64,000 bases of DNA, taken from positions 13,620 to 77,619 of the IMG/VR virus record IMGVR_UViG_2932675082_000001; one strand, 5' to 3'. Each line of letters opens with the position of its first letter. The stretch's first letter is position 1. This document shows positions 45,883-55,899 of the stretch, in pieces. The notes below the pieces were generated by a model. It worked only from the letters and a program-made list of their open reading frames with translations. It ran no database searches and was not told the DNA's origin. This DNA is from a virus (Duplodnaviria; Caudoviricetes). Both the position numbers and the translations under genes were made by a program.

Positions 45883-46353
45883 TCAGGCGGTCGTCTGCGG
45901 GCCGCTGGGGGCGGGCTCCGGGTAGCAAGCGCTGAAGTGGATGCAGGTGCAGGAGCGAACGCGGGCTCCCGAGGCGTTGCAGTCGCGCTCGCCGGCCGAG
46001 TCGTGGGCAGATTCGAGGTGGCCGCAGAACTCACAGGTGGGCGGGTCGGTCTCGGCCAGGTCCTGCGTGCGCTTCAGCACGTCCCGGAGCCGCTCGGTCT
46101 CGGCCTCCAGTTCCCGGACCCGGGCGAGCAGGGCGGGCACGTCCTGCCGAGCGGCAGCGACGAGCTCGCCGTCGGCGCGATCACCAACGCTGATCACGAT
46201 GCGGTTCTCGTCGGGGCCGTCGGTGGGGTTCTGCACGACCCACAGGTGACCGGGGTAGCCCTGACCGTCGAGGTCGTCGTGGAGGGTCCAGGGGCCGGGG
46301 GCGGCGGCGTCGCAGCGGGCCGCGATGGCGTCGAGGTCGAGGGGCTCGGTCAT
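45883..46353 (-). CDS. Hypothetical (Ead/Ea22-like) protein
   Basis: LDAIAARCDAAAPGPW...AARQDVPALLARVRELE. Confidence 0.55.
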   Translation of the reverse strand: MTEPLDLDAIAARCDAAAPGPWTLHDDLDGQGYPGHLWVVQNPTDGPDENRIVISVGDRADGELVAAARQDVPALLARVRELEAETERLRDVLKRTQDLAETDPPTCEFCGHLESAHDSAGERDCNASGARVRSCTCIHFSACYPEPAPSGPQTTA

Positions 46354-46556
46354 GGCTCAGGCCTCCTGGGTGGGACGGACGCAGCGCTCGTGGGTGTCGC
46401 AGCGGCAGGAGCCGCAGGCGACGCACATCTCGTCGTGCTGGGTGTCGCAGGCGGGGCATCCGCCGGTGGCCTCGGTCTCGGCCTCGTCCTCTGCGATCAG
46501 CCAGTCGATCAGGGCGTCGAGGGCTCGGCGGCTCGTGGCGGTCTGGGGCTGGGTGC

Positions 46557-46994
46557 TCATCGGGCGGTCTCCTCGGTGGCGGGGTGTTCGTGCGAGTAGC
46601 GCGGGTCGGCAGACGAGCGGCGCGGCGCGTTGCGGCAGTCACCGCCAGCGGCCAGCCACTCCGGCGAACACACCACCCACCCGGAGCGCTCGGCGTAACG
46701 ACGCGACAGCTCGGCAGCGCCCGCGAGGCGCAAGCGCTCGCACTTCTGGTCGTACGTCTCTTCGGCCTGCACCCGGAGGTCGATGTGCTCCAGGTGGATG
46801 CCGCCCGCGTAGCCCTCGACCATGACCACCGGCTCGGGGCCGAGGTTCCAGGCGACGGAGCGGGTGCGGGTCTCCAGGCGCGGGTAGTCGGTCGCGCCGA
46901 TCTCGGCGGCGTAGGCCGGGTTGATGCCCGGGTAGGCGGTCACCGGGGTGCCGATCGGGTAGCGCTCGTTCCACTGCTCGGCGGTCAGGTTCAT
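46557..46994 (-). CDS. Hypothetical protein
   Basis: WNERYPIGTPVTAYPG..TRTRSVAW; GAGGAG RBS. Confidence 0.55.
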   Translation of the reverse strand: MNLTAEQWNERYPIGTPVTAYPGINPAYAAEIGATDYPRLETRTRSVAWNLGPEPVVMVEGYAGGIHLEHIDLRVQAEETYDQKCERLRLAGAAELSRRYAERSGWVVCSPEWLAAGGDCRNAPRRSSADPRYSHEHPATEETAR

Positions 46995-47088
46995 CGGGTG
47001 GTCTCCTCAGGCGGCGGGTTGGGTGGTCTGGTGGGTGAGCCAGGCGTCGAGCCGGGAAGGGTGGCTGCCGGCGGCGACAGAAGGGACG

Positions 47089-47262
47089 TCAAGCCGCCGC
47101 TCCTGACTGCTGGGTACGGGCGGTACGCAGAATCGCGTCCCGGTAGGCGGCGAGGAGCGGTCCGAGAACTCGGTCGATGCAGTCCTGACAGCACGCTCCG
47201 TTCCGCATGAAGCTCTCGTTCAGGGCATCCAGAGCGCTCTGCTCGTCGGGTTCGTCACTCAT
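47089..47262 (-). CDS. 57-aa hypothetical protein
   Basis: GAGG RBS, MSDEPDEQ...; absent from the ORF track. Confidence 0.4.
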   Translation of the reverse strand: MSDEPDEQSALDALNESFMRNGACCQDCIDRVLGPLLAAYRDAILRTARTQQSGAAA

Positions 47263-47274
47263 CGGGGCCTCTGG

Positions 47275-47814
47275 CTAGAGAAGGTGGACGGGCGGACGGA
47301 CGGTCACCATGTGCGGTGCCGACGGCGGTGTGGGCAGTTCGCGCGGCGGTGCGGGAGCCAGCCTCCGACGGCTGTACGGCCGCTCCGCCGGCGCCGCGTG
47401 CGGTTCGTCGACGGCCTCCAGGCCGGCCGCGGCGACTTCGATGGCCTTGTCGTACGGGGTGCCGTCGATGTGGACGAAGTACTCGTTGCCCCAGTGCCGG
47501 GACGGGAGACCAACGACGGTCCCGACCCGGCCGGTCGCGATCACGCGCACCCGGGTCTGGGTGTGGTGGACGATCGGCGCCTCGCTGCGGTCGGCGAAGG
47601 CCCGGACCAGGCCGTCCCGCAGCCTCTGCGTGAACGCGTCGCCCTGTTCGGCGTGCTCCTGGCAGAAGTTGAGGAGCTTCTCGCGGCTCGTGCCTCGGCT
47701 AATCCAGCGGGTGGTGGTCGCGTCGGCCGTGCACGGGATCATGTCGTCGAGGTCCTCGCCGCCACCCGGCCGGGGTTTGTAGGTGAGGGCGACGTTCTCG
47801 CAGCGTGGCGTCAC
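47275..47814 (-). CDS. Hypothetical protein
   Basis: GGAG RBS before GTG. Confidence 0.5.
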   Translation of the reverse strand: MTPRCENVALTYKPRPGGGEDLDDMIPCTADATTTRWISRGTSREKLLNFCQEHAEQGDAFTQRLRDGLVRAFADRSEAPIVHHTQTRVRVIATGRVGTVVGLPSRHWGNEYFVHIDGTPYDKAIEVAAAGLEAVDEPHAAPAERPYSRRRLAPAPPRELPTPPSAPHMVTVRPPVHLL

Positions 47815-47839
47815 GGTGTGCTCCGGGGAAGCGGGGTGG

Positions 47840-48124
47840 TCAGGTGGTGGGGTTGGCGAGCAGGTCGGCGAGCCAGGGGTCGTAGTCGATGGGCTCGGCC
47901 ACTCGGGCCGGCACGTCCAAGGCCCGGGCGATGCGACACTCCGCGCCGATCCGTGCGACGGCGGCCTCCCGGTTCTCGCGGCTCCCCCACTCGGTGGCCT
48001 TCTCGGCGACGGCGGCCGCGTCTCGCTGGTCCAGCAGCTCCTGGATGTCGTGGTCCCAGCCGTCGTGCGGGCCGGGGGTGCAGATGTGGACGATGGCGGC
48101 GGCGAGGATCTGGGTGGCGGTCAC
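47840..48124 (-). CDS. Hypothetical protein
   Basis: GGAAGG RBS. Confidence 0.5.
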   Translation of the reverse strand: MTATQILAAAIVHICTPGPHDGWDHDIQELLDQRDAAAVAEKATEWGSRENREAAVARIGAECRIARALDVPARVAEPIDYDPWLADLLANPTT

Positions 48125-48267
48125 AGCGGGGGCCTTCCTGGCGGCGGTACGCGGGCGGGGTGGTGGTCTGGGTTAGGCGGCGAGGGCGAGGCGGGCGAAC
48201 AGCTCGGCGGCGGCCTTGTTAGTCTTCGGCCGATACACGGCGAGCGCGGCGGTGATCTGGCCGGCGG

Positions 48268-48540
48268 TCAGGCGCTGGCCGACTTCCGTCGGCTCAGATC
48301 CAGGAGGCTCGTCTCGCCCATCAGGGCGGCATTCCGCTTGGCGATGCTGATTGCTGTGCGGATCGAGAACTCGGTGCCGGGGTCCAGGTCGAGCTCCTGC
48401 GCGATCTCATACAGGAGCTGGCGAGTCAGCTTGTTGATGCAGCCGTCAGCGCGGGCCCTGCGGACGAACACGATCGCACTGGTGGCAACCATGTCCGCGA
48501 TCTCGCTGCGGGTCTTGCCCTGAGTGAGGGTGCCGGCCAT
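48268..48540 (-). CDS. Hypothetical protein
   Basis: ATG at 48540; lower GC than neighbours. Confidence 0.5.
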   Translation of the reverse strand: MAGTLTQGKTRSEIADMVATSAIVFVRRARADGCINKLTRQLLYEIAQELDLDPGTEFSIRTAISIAKRNAALMGETSLLDLSRRKSASA

Positions 48541-48815
48541 GATCACCACTTCCGGTTCGCGTCGGTGCAGTCGAAGGTGGAGCCGTCCGCGTAGTGCTCG
48601 GTCCAGCCGAGCTCGCCGGTTTTGTTCGGCAGGTGGGCTACCGCGCGGCTCAGGTAGCGACCGCAGCTGGTGCAGATCCCGTCCTCGTCGGCCTCGGTAT
48701 TGCGGCACTTGCGCTCGACGACCTTGGTCGGCTGGTGGCTGCGCTGATAGGCACTGCGGCGCTGCCCACTTGCGACGCCTTTCGTGTGGGTGGTCTGGGT
48801 GGTGGCAAAGTTGGT

Positions 48816-49166
48816 TCAGCCGACCTCCGCGACGAGGTGGGCGGTCTTCGGGTAGCAGGAGATGACCTGGTCGAGGATCGGCAGCTGCTCCGGCAGGTAG
48901 CCCGGGGTCACCTTCAGCCAGGACCGGTGCGCCTTGCGGGGCTTGATGCGGGTCAGCAGGCCGGAGCGGGTGATGCCGGCGGCGGCGAAAGCCTTCTTGA
49001 TGCGGCCGCCGAGGACGGACTTGGTCGAGCCGATGAGCTTCTCGTCTGCGCCGAGGCTGGCCAGGTAGTTGCTGATGGTGGTGAGCCGCGGGTCGTTGAG
49101 GTCGAGGTAGTGGACCATGAGGGCGGCCTGGATGGTGCGGCGGATGGCGGTGATGGTGCGGCGCAT
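48816..49166 (-). CDS. Basic hypothetical protein, first gene of an operator-controlled unit
   Basis: GGGAG RBS; MRRTITAIRR. Confidence 0.55.
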   Translation of the reverse strand: MRRTITAIRRTIQAALMVHYLDLNDPRLTTISNYLASLGADEKLIGSTKSVLGGRIKKAFAAAGITRSGLLTRIKPRKAHRSWLKVTPGYLPEQLPILDQVISCYPKTAHLVAEVG

Positions 49167-49210
49167 GTTGCGCTCCCGCTTGGCTACTTGGCTCGGCCCG
49201 ACGCCGTTCC

Positions 49211-49314
49211 TTGTAGCTACAAAGCTAGACCTCTCGTAGCTACAAAGCAAGACGGTCGACCAAGATTTTGTAGCTACGAAAGGGTGGCCGCGCCATTGCT
49301 GCTCGTAGCTACGA
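49211..49314. promoter_or_regulatory. Four palindromic operators TYGTAGCTACRA
   Basis: Copies at 49211, 49234, 49268 and 49303 between divergent genes. Confidence 0.8.
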
Positions 49315-49331
49315 ACCGCTACCCTGCAACC

Positions 49332-49574
49332 ATGACCAACGAGACCCCGCCAGACGAACTCGCACCCCGGCAATTCCGCGCCTGGACGAGCGAGTGGAAC
49401 GCCTTCGAGGACGCCACCAAGGCCATCCACCCCAAGGGCCGAAGCCCACGCGCGGCAGTCCTCCGCGACTTCATGCTCTGGTACATGCGCAGGCCCGGAG
49501 CCAAGCTGCCGGACCGACCCGCACCCGGCCCCTGGTCTGCGCCCCGCGAGGAGCACACCCAGCCCGCCGAGTAG
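49332..49574 (+). CDS. Small ribbon-helix-helix-like regulator
   Basis: RQFR...EWNAF...RAAVLRDFMLWYMRRPGAKLPDRP. Confidence 0.6.
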   Translation: MTNETPPDELAPRQFRAWTSEWNAFEDATKAIHPKGRSPRAAVLRDFMLWYMRRPGAKLPDRPAPGPWSAPREEHTQPAE

Positions 49575-49636
49575 CCCAAACTGCCCCGCCAGCCGCCGGC
49601 CGATGCCGTGCGGCCATTTGTGCTGCCCGCGCCCGG

Positions 49637-50008
49637 TCACCGATCCGCCTCGAAACGTCGTACCGGTATGCCAGACGCCTCCGCACGCCGCACACAATCC
49701 GCGGTCCCACGCGAACCCGGCAGCACGAACGCCAGACAAAACCGCGCCCCAGCCGCCACCATCTGCGCGTTCCGAATCGGACCCGCAGCCCGCCCATGTC
49801 GGTCCCAGTCGGCCGGCCACGCCTCCACCTCGACGCCGGCCCGCTGCGCCCACACCGCCGCCATCGCATCCGCACCCGTCGGACAGCCGCCGTGCACGAC
49901 CACGATCGGCCGGAACGCCCTGAACGCCACCCCCAGCGCCCACTCCACCCGCGCCCGATCCGACCAGGCCCGCGAACCAGTCACCAGAATCCGCGACTTC
50001 GGGGTCAC
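49637..50008 (-). CDS. SLOG/DUF2493 (YspA-like) protein
   Basis: ILVTGSRAW, VVHGGCPTGAD, AAGPIRNAQM, SRGT. Confidence 0.8.
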   Translation of the reverse strand: MTPKSRILVTGSRAWSDRARVEWALGVAFRAFRPIVVVHGGCPTGADAMAAVWAQRAGVEVEAWPADWDRHGRAAGPIRNAQMVAAGARFCLAFVLPGSRGTADCVRRAEASGIPVRRFEADR

Positions 50009-50749
50009 AGCAGCACCCCCGCATCCACCAGGCGCGCCACATGCAACGTCCGCGGCGTCACACCGCCGCCGTGCACCGGCCGGCACCACACACCCGCCGC
50101 CGCCCCGCACAGCCGACACGAAGCCTCAAGACCCGGCTGGCGCACCATCAGAAGCTCCGCCGCGTGCTCATCCCGCACCCGCTCCGCATCCCGCATCGAC
50201 TGGCGCAGCTGCGCCCCGGCGTCCGCCAGGCAGCGCTTCAGGTGCTCCACGCCGCGGCGAAGTTCGGCCGCCTCGACCGGCGTCAGGCAGCGGCGCCCGG
50301 CGGCGTCGAGAATCTCCGCGAGACGGGTCGCGGGCGGCGGAGGAGCGGCCACGGGGACCGCCGGTTTCGGAACGGTAGTGGCGCTGTTCGCCATGATGGC
50401 TCCAAATCGGGGAGAAAAGGGGGCAAGAAGCGCCCAGCGGGGAGGGGGTGGAGTCATTGCCTTAAGCGGGCCTCGCGGCGCCTCTGATGCGCCCCGGGGG
50501 CCTTCGGTCGGTTTCGGATCCGCCACCGGACACCGCGACACCGGAACGTCATGACCGTCCGGCCGACGGCTCAACAGTCACGAAGCTCACCCTCGAACCC
50601 GTCGTCCGCGTACGCCTCAGTCAGGTACTCCGTCTCCCACTGCCGGAAGCAGCTGGAACAGCGCCACGCCGTGAACGTGTGGACGCCGTCATCGGACTGG
50701 GCGACGATCAGGGCGCGGGACAGACAAGCAGGGCAGTGCTCGGTGAGGG

Positions 50750-52054
50750 TCATGAGAGCGCTCCAGTGGGGGAGTGACCGGTGAACGGGTCTGCGTCGAT
50801 GGGCTTGTAGGTGCGCCACGGCCAGGAGCCCTCGTGGCCTTGGCAGATGAAGCGGGGCCATTGGCGTTCGTCGCGTGCGCCCCGCCAGGGCAGGACACGG
50901 CGGGCGCGGTCGTCCTGCGCGGAGCGGGCGTCCTCGACCGGGCGCAGGCCGAGCCCGAACTCGGGCCAGCGCAGCCATAGGGAGCTGCCGACGGGCCGAA
51001 GTGTCCGCGGCCCCATCGGGCCGCCCTGCGGGGAGTGCGCTTCCATCGAGAGCGCGCAGCCGGCGGTGGCCCGCGCCTCGTCGAGGACGACGGTGATCTT
51101 TCGGGCGAGTTCCTCCGAGTTCGGATCGCCGTTGTGCAGCCGGTAGATCGGGCCGACGATCAGCAGGTCCGGCATGACGGCCTCGACGCGGCGCATGAGC
51201 CACGCCCTGCCATCACCGCGGGTCAGATCCACGCCTTCGGGCCGCAGGTCGATGTGCAGCTGCCCGCGAGCCACCGGTGCGCCCATGCGCTCGGCGACCT
51301 GGACCAAGCCCCGGTAGTGCCGGCGCGACTGACGCTGCGAGTTCTCGCAGTCCAGGATCAGCACCTTCTGCGGGCCCATCGGATTGGCATCGCCGAACGG
51401 CAGCAGACCGGCGGACGCGGTGACGCCGAGCTGGCGCTGAAGGAACGATTTTCCGCCGCCCTCTCCCGCCGTCCACACGATGCGGTCGGTGCGCTCCAGG
51501 TAGCCGGGCAGCGTCCAGTCGTAGTCGGGATCCTCGCCGGCGAGGAAGTCGTGGATGTCCTGGACGGGAGAATCCTCGACGGCCCGCCCCGCGTCTCGGA
51601 CCTCACGCATCCGGGCGACGGCGTGTTCGGCGAGCTCGCTGGGCTCACCCTCGGAGGCGTAGCCGAGTTCACGGATCTCGGTGCCCGCGTGGACGAGGGC
51701 GCGGCGCAGGGCAAGGCTTCGGATCCGCTGGTTGAGCCAGCCGAGGCTGGGCCCGTGCTGGGCGGCGTCTATGCAGGTGTTGATGTAGTCGCGGCCACCG
51801 CACCGGGCGAGTTCACCGCGGGCCTCCAGGGCGGCGACGATGGTGATCGGGTCGATGGGGTCGCTGGTTTCGGCGATCGCCGTGATGGCCCGGTGCATGA
51901 GGGCGTGGGCGGGCCGGTAGTAGTCCTCGGCGGTGACGGTGGTGTCCCGTAGGGCACGGCGGGCGTCGCGGCTGAGCGTGATGGCGCCGAGGAAGGCCTG
52001 CTCGGCGGCCAGGTCGTTCGGTTCGGTCCGGGCGAAGTCGGCTTCGGCGGTCAC
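50750..52054 (-). CDS. DnaB-N/RecA-like (AAA_25) helicase
   Basis: AEQAFLG and YYRPAH DnaB-N motifs; AGEGGGKS; RPVGSSLWLRWPEFG. Confidence 0.8.
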   Translation of the reverse strand: MTAEADFARTEPNDLAAEQAFLGAITLSRDARRALRDTTVTAEDYYRPAHALMHRAITAIAETSDPIDPITIVAALEARGELARCGGRDYINTCIDAAQHGPSLGWLNQRIRSLALRRALVHAGTEIRELGYASEGEPSELAEHAVARMREVRDAGRAVEDSPVQDIHDFLAGEDPDYDWTLPGYLERTDRIVWTAGEGGGKSFLQRQLGVTASAGLLPFGDANPMGPQKVLILDCENSQRQSRRHYRGLVQVAERMGAPVARGQLHIDLRPEGVDLTRGDGRAWLMRRVEAVMPDLLIVGPIYRLHNGDPNSEELARKITVVLDEARATAGCALSMEAHSPQGGPMGPRTLRPVGSSLWLRWPEFGLGLRPVEDARSAQDDRARRVLPWRGARDERQWPRFICQGHEGSWPWRTYKPIDADPFTGHSPTGALS

Positions 52055-53031
52055 TAGAAGACCCCCTGGTCTGCGTAGGTCTGGTAGTCGGTGGGTTGGC
52101 GACGCTGCTGTTGCGACTGGGCGCGAAGGCGCAGTTGGGGGTACTTCTGGCGCAGCTTCGGCATCGACAGGATGTTGCTGCGCCAGAACTCATCAGCCTG
52201 GGACCAGCGGATGGCGCCGAGGACGTCGGAGAGGGCGACCTTGTCGGCGTCGATCATGAGGCGGGCGGCGTCACGCCACCGCTTGGTGATGTTCGGGCGC
52301 TTGGTGCCGTTCGCGGCGATGAGGTCCGCGAGGAGCGTGCAGGCCTCCTCCACGTCCGGCCGCTCCTGGCGGGCGGACCGGATGTCGACGACATCCGCGA
52401 CGAGAAGAGAAGGGGAATGGGGTAGGGGTAGGGGAAAACGCCCGCGCGCGCGCGTTGAGCCTGCCTCCACCACTTCCGGAAGGGGTTCCGCAACCCCTTC
52501 CTCATCCCCTTCGTGAAGGGCCGCCGCCGGGGGCTTCGGGTCCGGCTCGTAGAACGCCGCACGCAGCGCCGCGATGTGCCGCGACACCTCCTGCAGAGGC
52601 GACAGCCCCTTGCGGCCCGGCTCGTCACTCAGCTCGTCCAGCGGGATCCGCTCGACCTCCGCGAGCAGCGCGGCCCGCAGCCGACGCGACGAGATCTCCA
52701 GAGCGCCCGACACCATCGCGCCCATCACCTGCGGCTGCTTCCACACCCCGTCGTTGCGCACGAACGAGCGCACCAACAGTTCCTCGCTGTCCTCGTCCAC
52801 GACGACGAACCTGCGGTCGGCCAAGACCGCAAGCTGGGTCCGCAGGACCGCCGGACTCAGCCCGTAGGCCTTGAAGCTCCAGCGCTTCAGCGTCAGCGGC
52901 AGCAGGCCTGCGTGGTTGAGGTTCGGCTGGCTGATGAGGAACAGGTAGAGCCGCTGGATCTCCGCGGGCAGAGCGGTGAAGTCAGGGTCGTCCCAGATGC
53001 GGGTGAGGACCCGTCCGTGACCACGTGCCAT
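52054..53031 (-). CDS. Putative replication initiator (second)
   Basis: IWDDPDF...NHAGLL N-terminus; FWRSNILSMPKLRQKY C-terminus; coupled to helicase. Confidence 0.7.
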   Translation of the reverse strand: MARGHGRVLTRIWDDPDFTALPAEIQRLYLFLISQPNLNHAGLLPLTLKRWSFKAYGLSPAVLRTQLAVLADRRFVVVDEDSEELLVRSFVRNDGVWKQPQVMGAMVSGALEISSRRLRAALLAEVERIPLDELSDEPGRKGLSPLQEVSRHIAALRAAFYEPDPKPPAAALHEGDEEGVAEPLPEVVEAGSTRARGRFPLPLPHSPSLLVADVVDIRSARQERPDVEEACTLLADLIAANGTKRPNITKRWRDAARLMIDADKVALSDVLGAIRWSQADEFWRSNILSMPKLRQKYPQLRLRAQSQQQRRQPTDYQTYADQGVF

Positions 53032-53043
53032 GTCGGTTTCCGA

Positions 53044-53397
53044 TCAAGATGAGGTAGAGGCGGGGGCGGGCGGCCGACGGGCGCTTCGCTTGTTGAACAG
53101 CGGTTGCTCGACGGCGATCGCGGCGCGCTCGGCGGCGAGGGCATCGACGTCGGTTGACCAGTGCTCGATGGATACGAAGTCGGCCGCCGGCCACCAAGGG
53201 GCCTTCCTGCGGTGCTGTGGCCAGCGTTCGCGAAGCTGACCCGAAACCCCCACGTACAGCAGCCGCTTCCGAGAGTCGAAGAACCGGTATAGGGCTGTCT
53301 CCGGGTAGTAGCCGGGCTCCTCGGCAGGCATTGAGAGACGAGGGCCAGGGGCCGTCCGGTCGAACGGCCGGACCGGGAAGGCACGTAGCGGCGGCAT
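53044..53397 (-). CDS. Small GIY-YIG nuclease
   Basis: ALYRF..LLYVG..R..QH...AE..AI..EQPLFN; start uncertain. Confidence 0.75.
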   Translation of the reverse strand: MPPLRAFPVRPFDRTAPGPRLSMPAEEPGYYPETALYRFFDSRKRLLYVGVSGQLRERWPQHRRKAPWWPAADFVSIEHWSTDVDALAAERAAIAVEQPLFNKRSARRPPAPASTSS

Positions 53398-53442
53398 GAG
53401 GTTCTCCTGGGAACGTCGAGTTGGCTCTTGGTGTGGACGGGA

Positions 53443-53919
53443 TCAGAAGGGGGCCTCGGCCTGATGAGGCGCTCCCCAACTGCCGCCCTGCACCGACGGC
53501 TTGGACTGGGACCACGGGCCGTCGCCACCCCGGGCCTGCTGCGCCTGGCCCTGCCCGCGGTTCGCCCGGGTCACTTTCGCCGTGGCATTCCGCAGAGACG
53601 GCCCGACCTCCTCGACCTCCACCTCGAAGACGGTCCGCTTTTGGCCGTCCTTCTCGTACGAGCGCTGGTTCAGTCGGCCCTGCACGATGACGCGCATGCC
53701 CTTGGTCAGGGACTCGGCGACGTTCTCCGCCGGCTGCCGCCAGACGTTGCAGGTGAGGAAGAGGCTCTCGCCGTCCTTCCACTCGTTCGTCTGGCGGTCG
53801 AACGTCCGCGGCGTCGACGCGATGCGGAACTTGGCCACCGGGACACCGGACTGGGTGAAGCGCAGCTCAGGATCGTCGACTAGATTGCCGACGATCGTGA
53901 TCAGGGTCTCTCCGGCCAT
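53443..53919 (-). CDS. ssb: Single-stranded DNA-binding protein
   Basis: [22 protein letters not shown]...APF. Confidence 0.95.
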   Translation of the reverse strand: MAGETLITIVGNLVDDPELRFTQSGVPVAKFRIASTPRTFDRQTNEWKDGESLFLTCNVWRQPAENVAESLTKGMRVIVQGRLNQRSYEKDGQKRTVFEVEVEEVGPSLRNATAKVTRANRGQGQAQQARGGDGPWSQSKPSVQGGSWGAPHQAEAPF

Positions 53920-54073
53920 GGCCGTCCTTCGGGTCGAGGGGTGAGGGCCTGCTCGGCGCAGACCTTGTGGGAGGGGCGGCGGTCCTCGTCGCGGAGATGT
54001 GTGAGGTCGCCGCAGTACCTGCACGGTTTGGCCTGGGTGGCCCAGTGGGAGCGGTCGCCCCAGGCCAGGATGG

Positions 54074-54346
54074 TCATGCCGCGGGCGTGAAGCGCCGGGT
54101 CTTGCTGAGGAGGTAGCGCTCTCGGGGGGTGAGCCCGCCGCAGATCCCGTGCCGGCTCTTGGTGTCCTTCTGGCCCTCCCTGTCGAGGGCGTCCTGCAGG
54201 CAGGCGGCGGCGACGGGGCAGCGCCCGCAGACCTTGCGAGCCTCCTCGACCTGGTTCCTGCCCTCGGGGCTGGTGTAGGAGACGGGGTAGAAGAGGTCGC
54301 CGTCGATTTCCTTGTCACAGCAGGCGCCGAGGGCTCCCCACCTCAT
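54074..54346 (-). CDS. WhiB-family regulator
   Basis: [32 protein letters not shown]. Confidence 0.85.
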   Translation of the reverse strand: MRWGALGACCDKEIDGDLFYPVSYTSPEGRNQVEEARKVCGRCPVAAACLQDALDREGQKDTKSRHGICGGLTPRERYLLSKTRRFTPAA

Positions 54347-54951
54347 CGGACCGCCCCCGTGCCGCGGATCCCGTCGGGCCACACGGCCTTGGTCAGTGCG
54401 GCGCGGTTCGCGGCCGGCATGACGGTGATGGGGTGGTCGAGGTAGTCCCGGCCGGCGGCCATGAGGACGACGGCGTCGGCCTGGTTGTCGTCGCCGCCGG
54501 TGGACCAGGCGGGCCAGCGGCGGGCGACGGCGTCCACGACGGCGGACTTGGTTGCCGCACCCTTGCCGGTGGCGTACAGCATGCGCTGCCGGGGGTCCAT
54601 GAGGGCTACGGGGATCTCGGAGTCCGTGAGGTACTCGTAGAGCCGCCACCACAGCCAGCCGCGTTCGTGGCTGCCTCCGCCCGTGCGGGACAGGGCGGGT
54701 GTTTCCATGACGACGAGGTCGGGGCGTCCGAGGTTCAGCAGGATGGCGGCGGAGACCTTGCGCATCGCGGTGATGCGCTCGGGGTGGGGGAGCTTGGTGA
54801 TCGGGCTCTTCTTGTCGGTGTGGCCGACGGTCTCGCACCAGCCGAGGGAGGAGGCGATGCCGGTGGCGGTGAGGCTGGTGTCGAGGCCGATGACGGTGGG
54901 GCCGTGGGTGAGGGTGCCTCCCGGGGGCGGGAGGAGTGCGGTGTCAGTCAT
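54343..54951 (-). CDS. RuvC-like Holliday junction resolvase
   Basis: IGLDTSLTATG, VVME, YATGKG..K, DNQADA. Confidence 0.8.
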   Translation of the reverse strand: MTDTALLPPPGGTLTHGPTVIGLDTSLTATGIASSLGWCETVGHTDKKSPITKLPHPERITAMRKVSAAILLNLGRPDLVVMETPALSRTGGGSHERGWLWWRLYEYLTDSEIPVALMDPRQRMLYATGKGAATKSAVVDAVARRWPAWSTGGDDNQADAVVLMAAGRDYLDHPITVMPAANRAALTKAVWPDGIRGTGAVR

Positions 54952-55187
54952 CTCGGGTGCTCCAGGCGGTGACGGCGAGGATGATGAGGGCGGTTGCGGT
55001 GGTGGCGAGGACGGCGAGGGCGAGTTCGGGCCAGGCGTGGTCACTGGTGAGGTGGCGGAGGAGTCTGCGGATCACAGGGGGGTTTCGTCGGGGCCGCAGT
55101 GTTCGCGGTGGCGGAGGTGGTGGTAGAGCTGGAGGCCTTGGATGCCGGTGTGGACGCACCAGGCGAGTGCGAGGACTTGGGCGAGGG

Positions 55188-55649
55188 TCACGCGGCGAGC
55201 GGCTCCACCGTGGCGGCGGTGGCGCCGGCCTTCTCGGCGAGTTCCCGGTAGTGCTGCTCGTTGACGTCCTGGAGGGCGGCGTTGCGGTCTTCGAGCTTGC
55301 GGATCCGCTCGGCCGTGTCCTGGCGCTCGTGCCGCAGCTGCGCCTGGAGCCGGCGGATCTCGGCCCGGTAGCGGGCGCATCCGCGCAGTGCGCGGCCGAG
55401 GCGCTCGGCGTGGTCGACGGCGAGACCGGACCAGGTGGCGCTGCCCATCACCAGAGTGGCGTTCTGGAGCTGGGCGGCGGTCAGCTTCTTCGTGACCGCC
55501 TTGATGTCATCGGCGAAGCGCTCGGACCGGTCGAAGCTCACGGTGGCCTCGTTGCGGGTGGCGCCGAGCGCCATGTTGAGCTGCCGGACCCGGCTCTCCA
55601 GCCAGGTGATGCGCTCGTCCTTCTCCGCTATGCGGCGTCTACCGAACAT
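55188..55649 (-). CDS. Coiled-coil hypothetical protein
   Basis: GGGAG RBS. Confidence 0.5.
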   Translation of the reverse strand: MFGRRRIAEKDERITWLESRVRQLNMALGATRNEATVSFDRSERFADDIKAVTKKLTAAQLQNATLVMGSATWSGLAVDHAERLGRALRGCARYRAEIRRLQAQLRHERQDTAERIRKLEDRNAALQDVNEQHYRELAEKAGATAATVEPLAA

Positions 55650-55899
55650 CAGGGTCTCCCTTGAGGATGTCGCTGGAATCGATCAGGCCGCGGGCGCAGG
55701 CGATGCCGACGGCGTGGGTGGCGTTGACCGCCTTGAGTGCGACGAGGACGGCGCGCAGGTGGAGCCGTACGTCGCGTACGCCGATCTGCAGCTGGTCGGC
55801 GATCTGGGATGGCTGTTCGCCTCGGGCGTGTCCGAGGAGGACGGCCGACTGGAGCGGCGTGAGAAGGGGCGTGTCCCGGTCGCGGGCCTTCCTGCTCAC
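55639..55899 (-). CDS. LuxR-type HTH protein
   Basis: LTPLQSAVL..ARG...IADQLQI...LKAVNATHAV. Confidence 0.7.
   Translation of the reverse strand: MSRKARDRDTPLLTPLQSAVLLGHARGEQPSQIADQLQIGVRDVRLHLRAVLVALKAVNATHAVGIACARGLIDSSDILKGDPDVR

Noticed and set aside
48173-48270. Orphan 3' gene end (LTAGQITAALAVYRPKTNKAAAELFARLALAA)
   Set aside because: Looks like a recombination remnant but has no start and cannot be assigned without a search
53044-53397. Split homing endonuclease formed by this GIY-YIG and the NUMOD3-like protein at 644-1360
   Set aside because: 52 kb apart in different expression modules, with nothing in the sequence linking them
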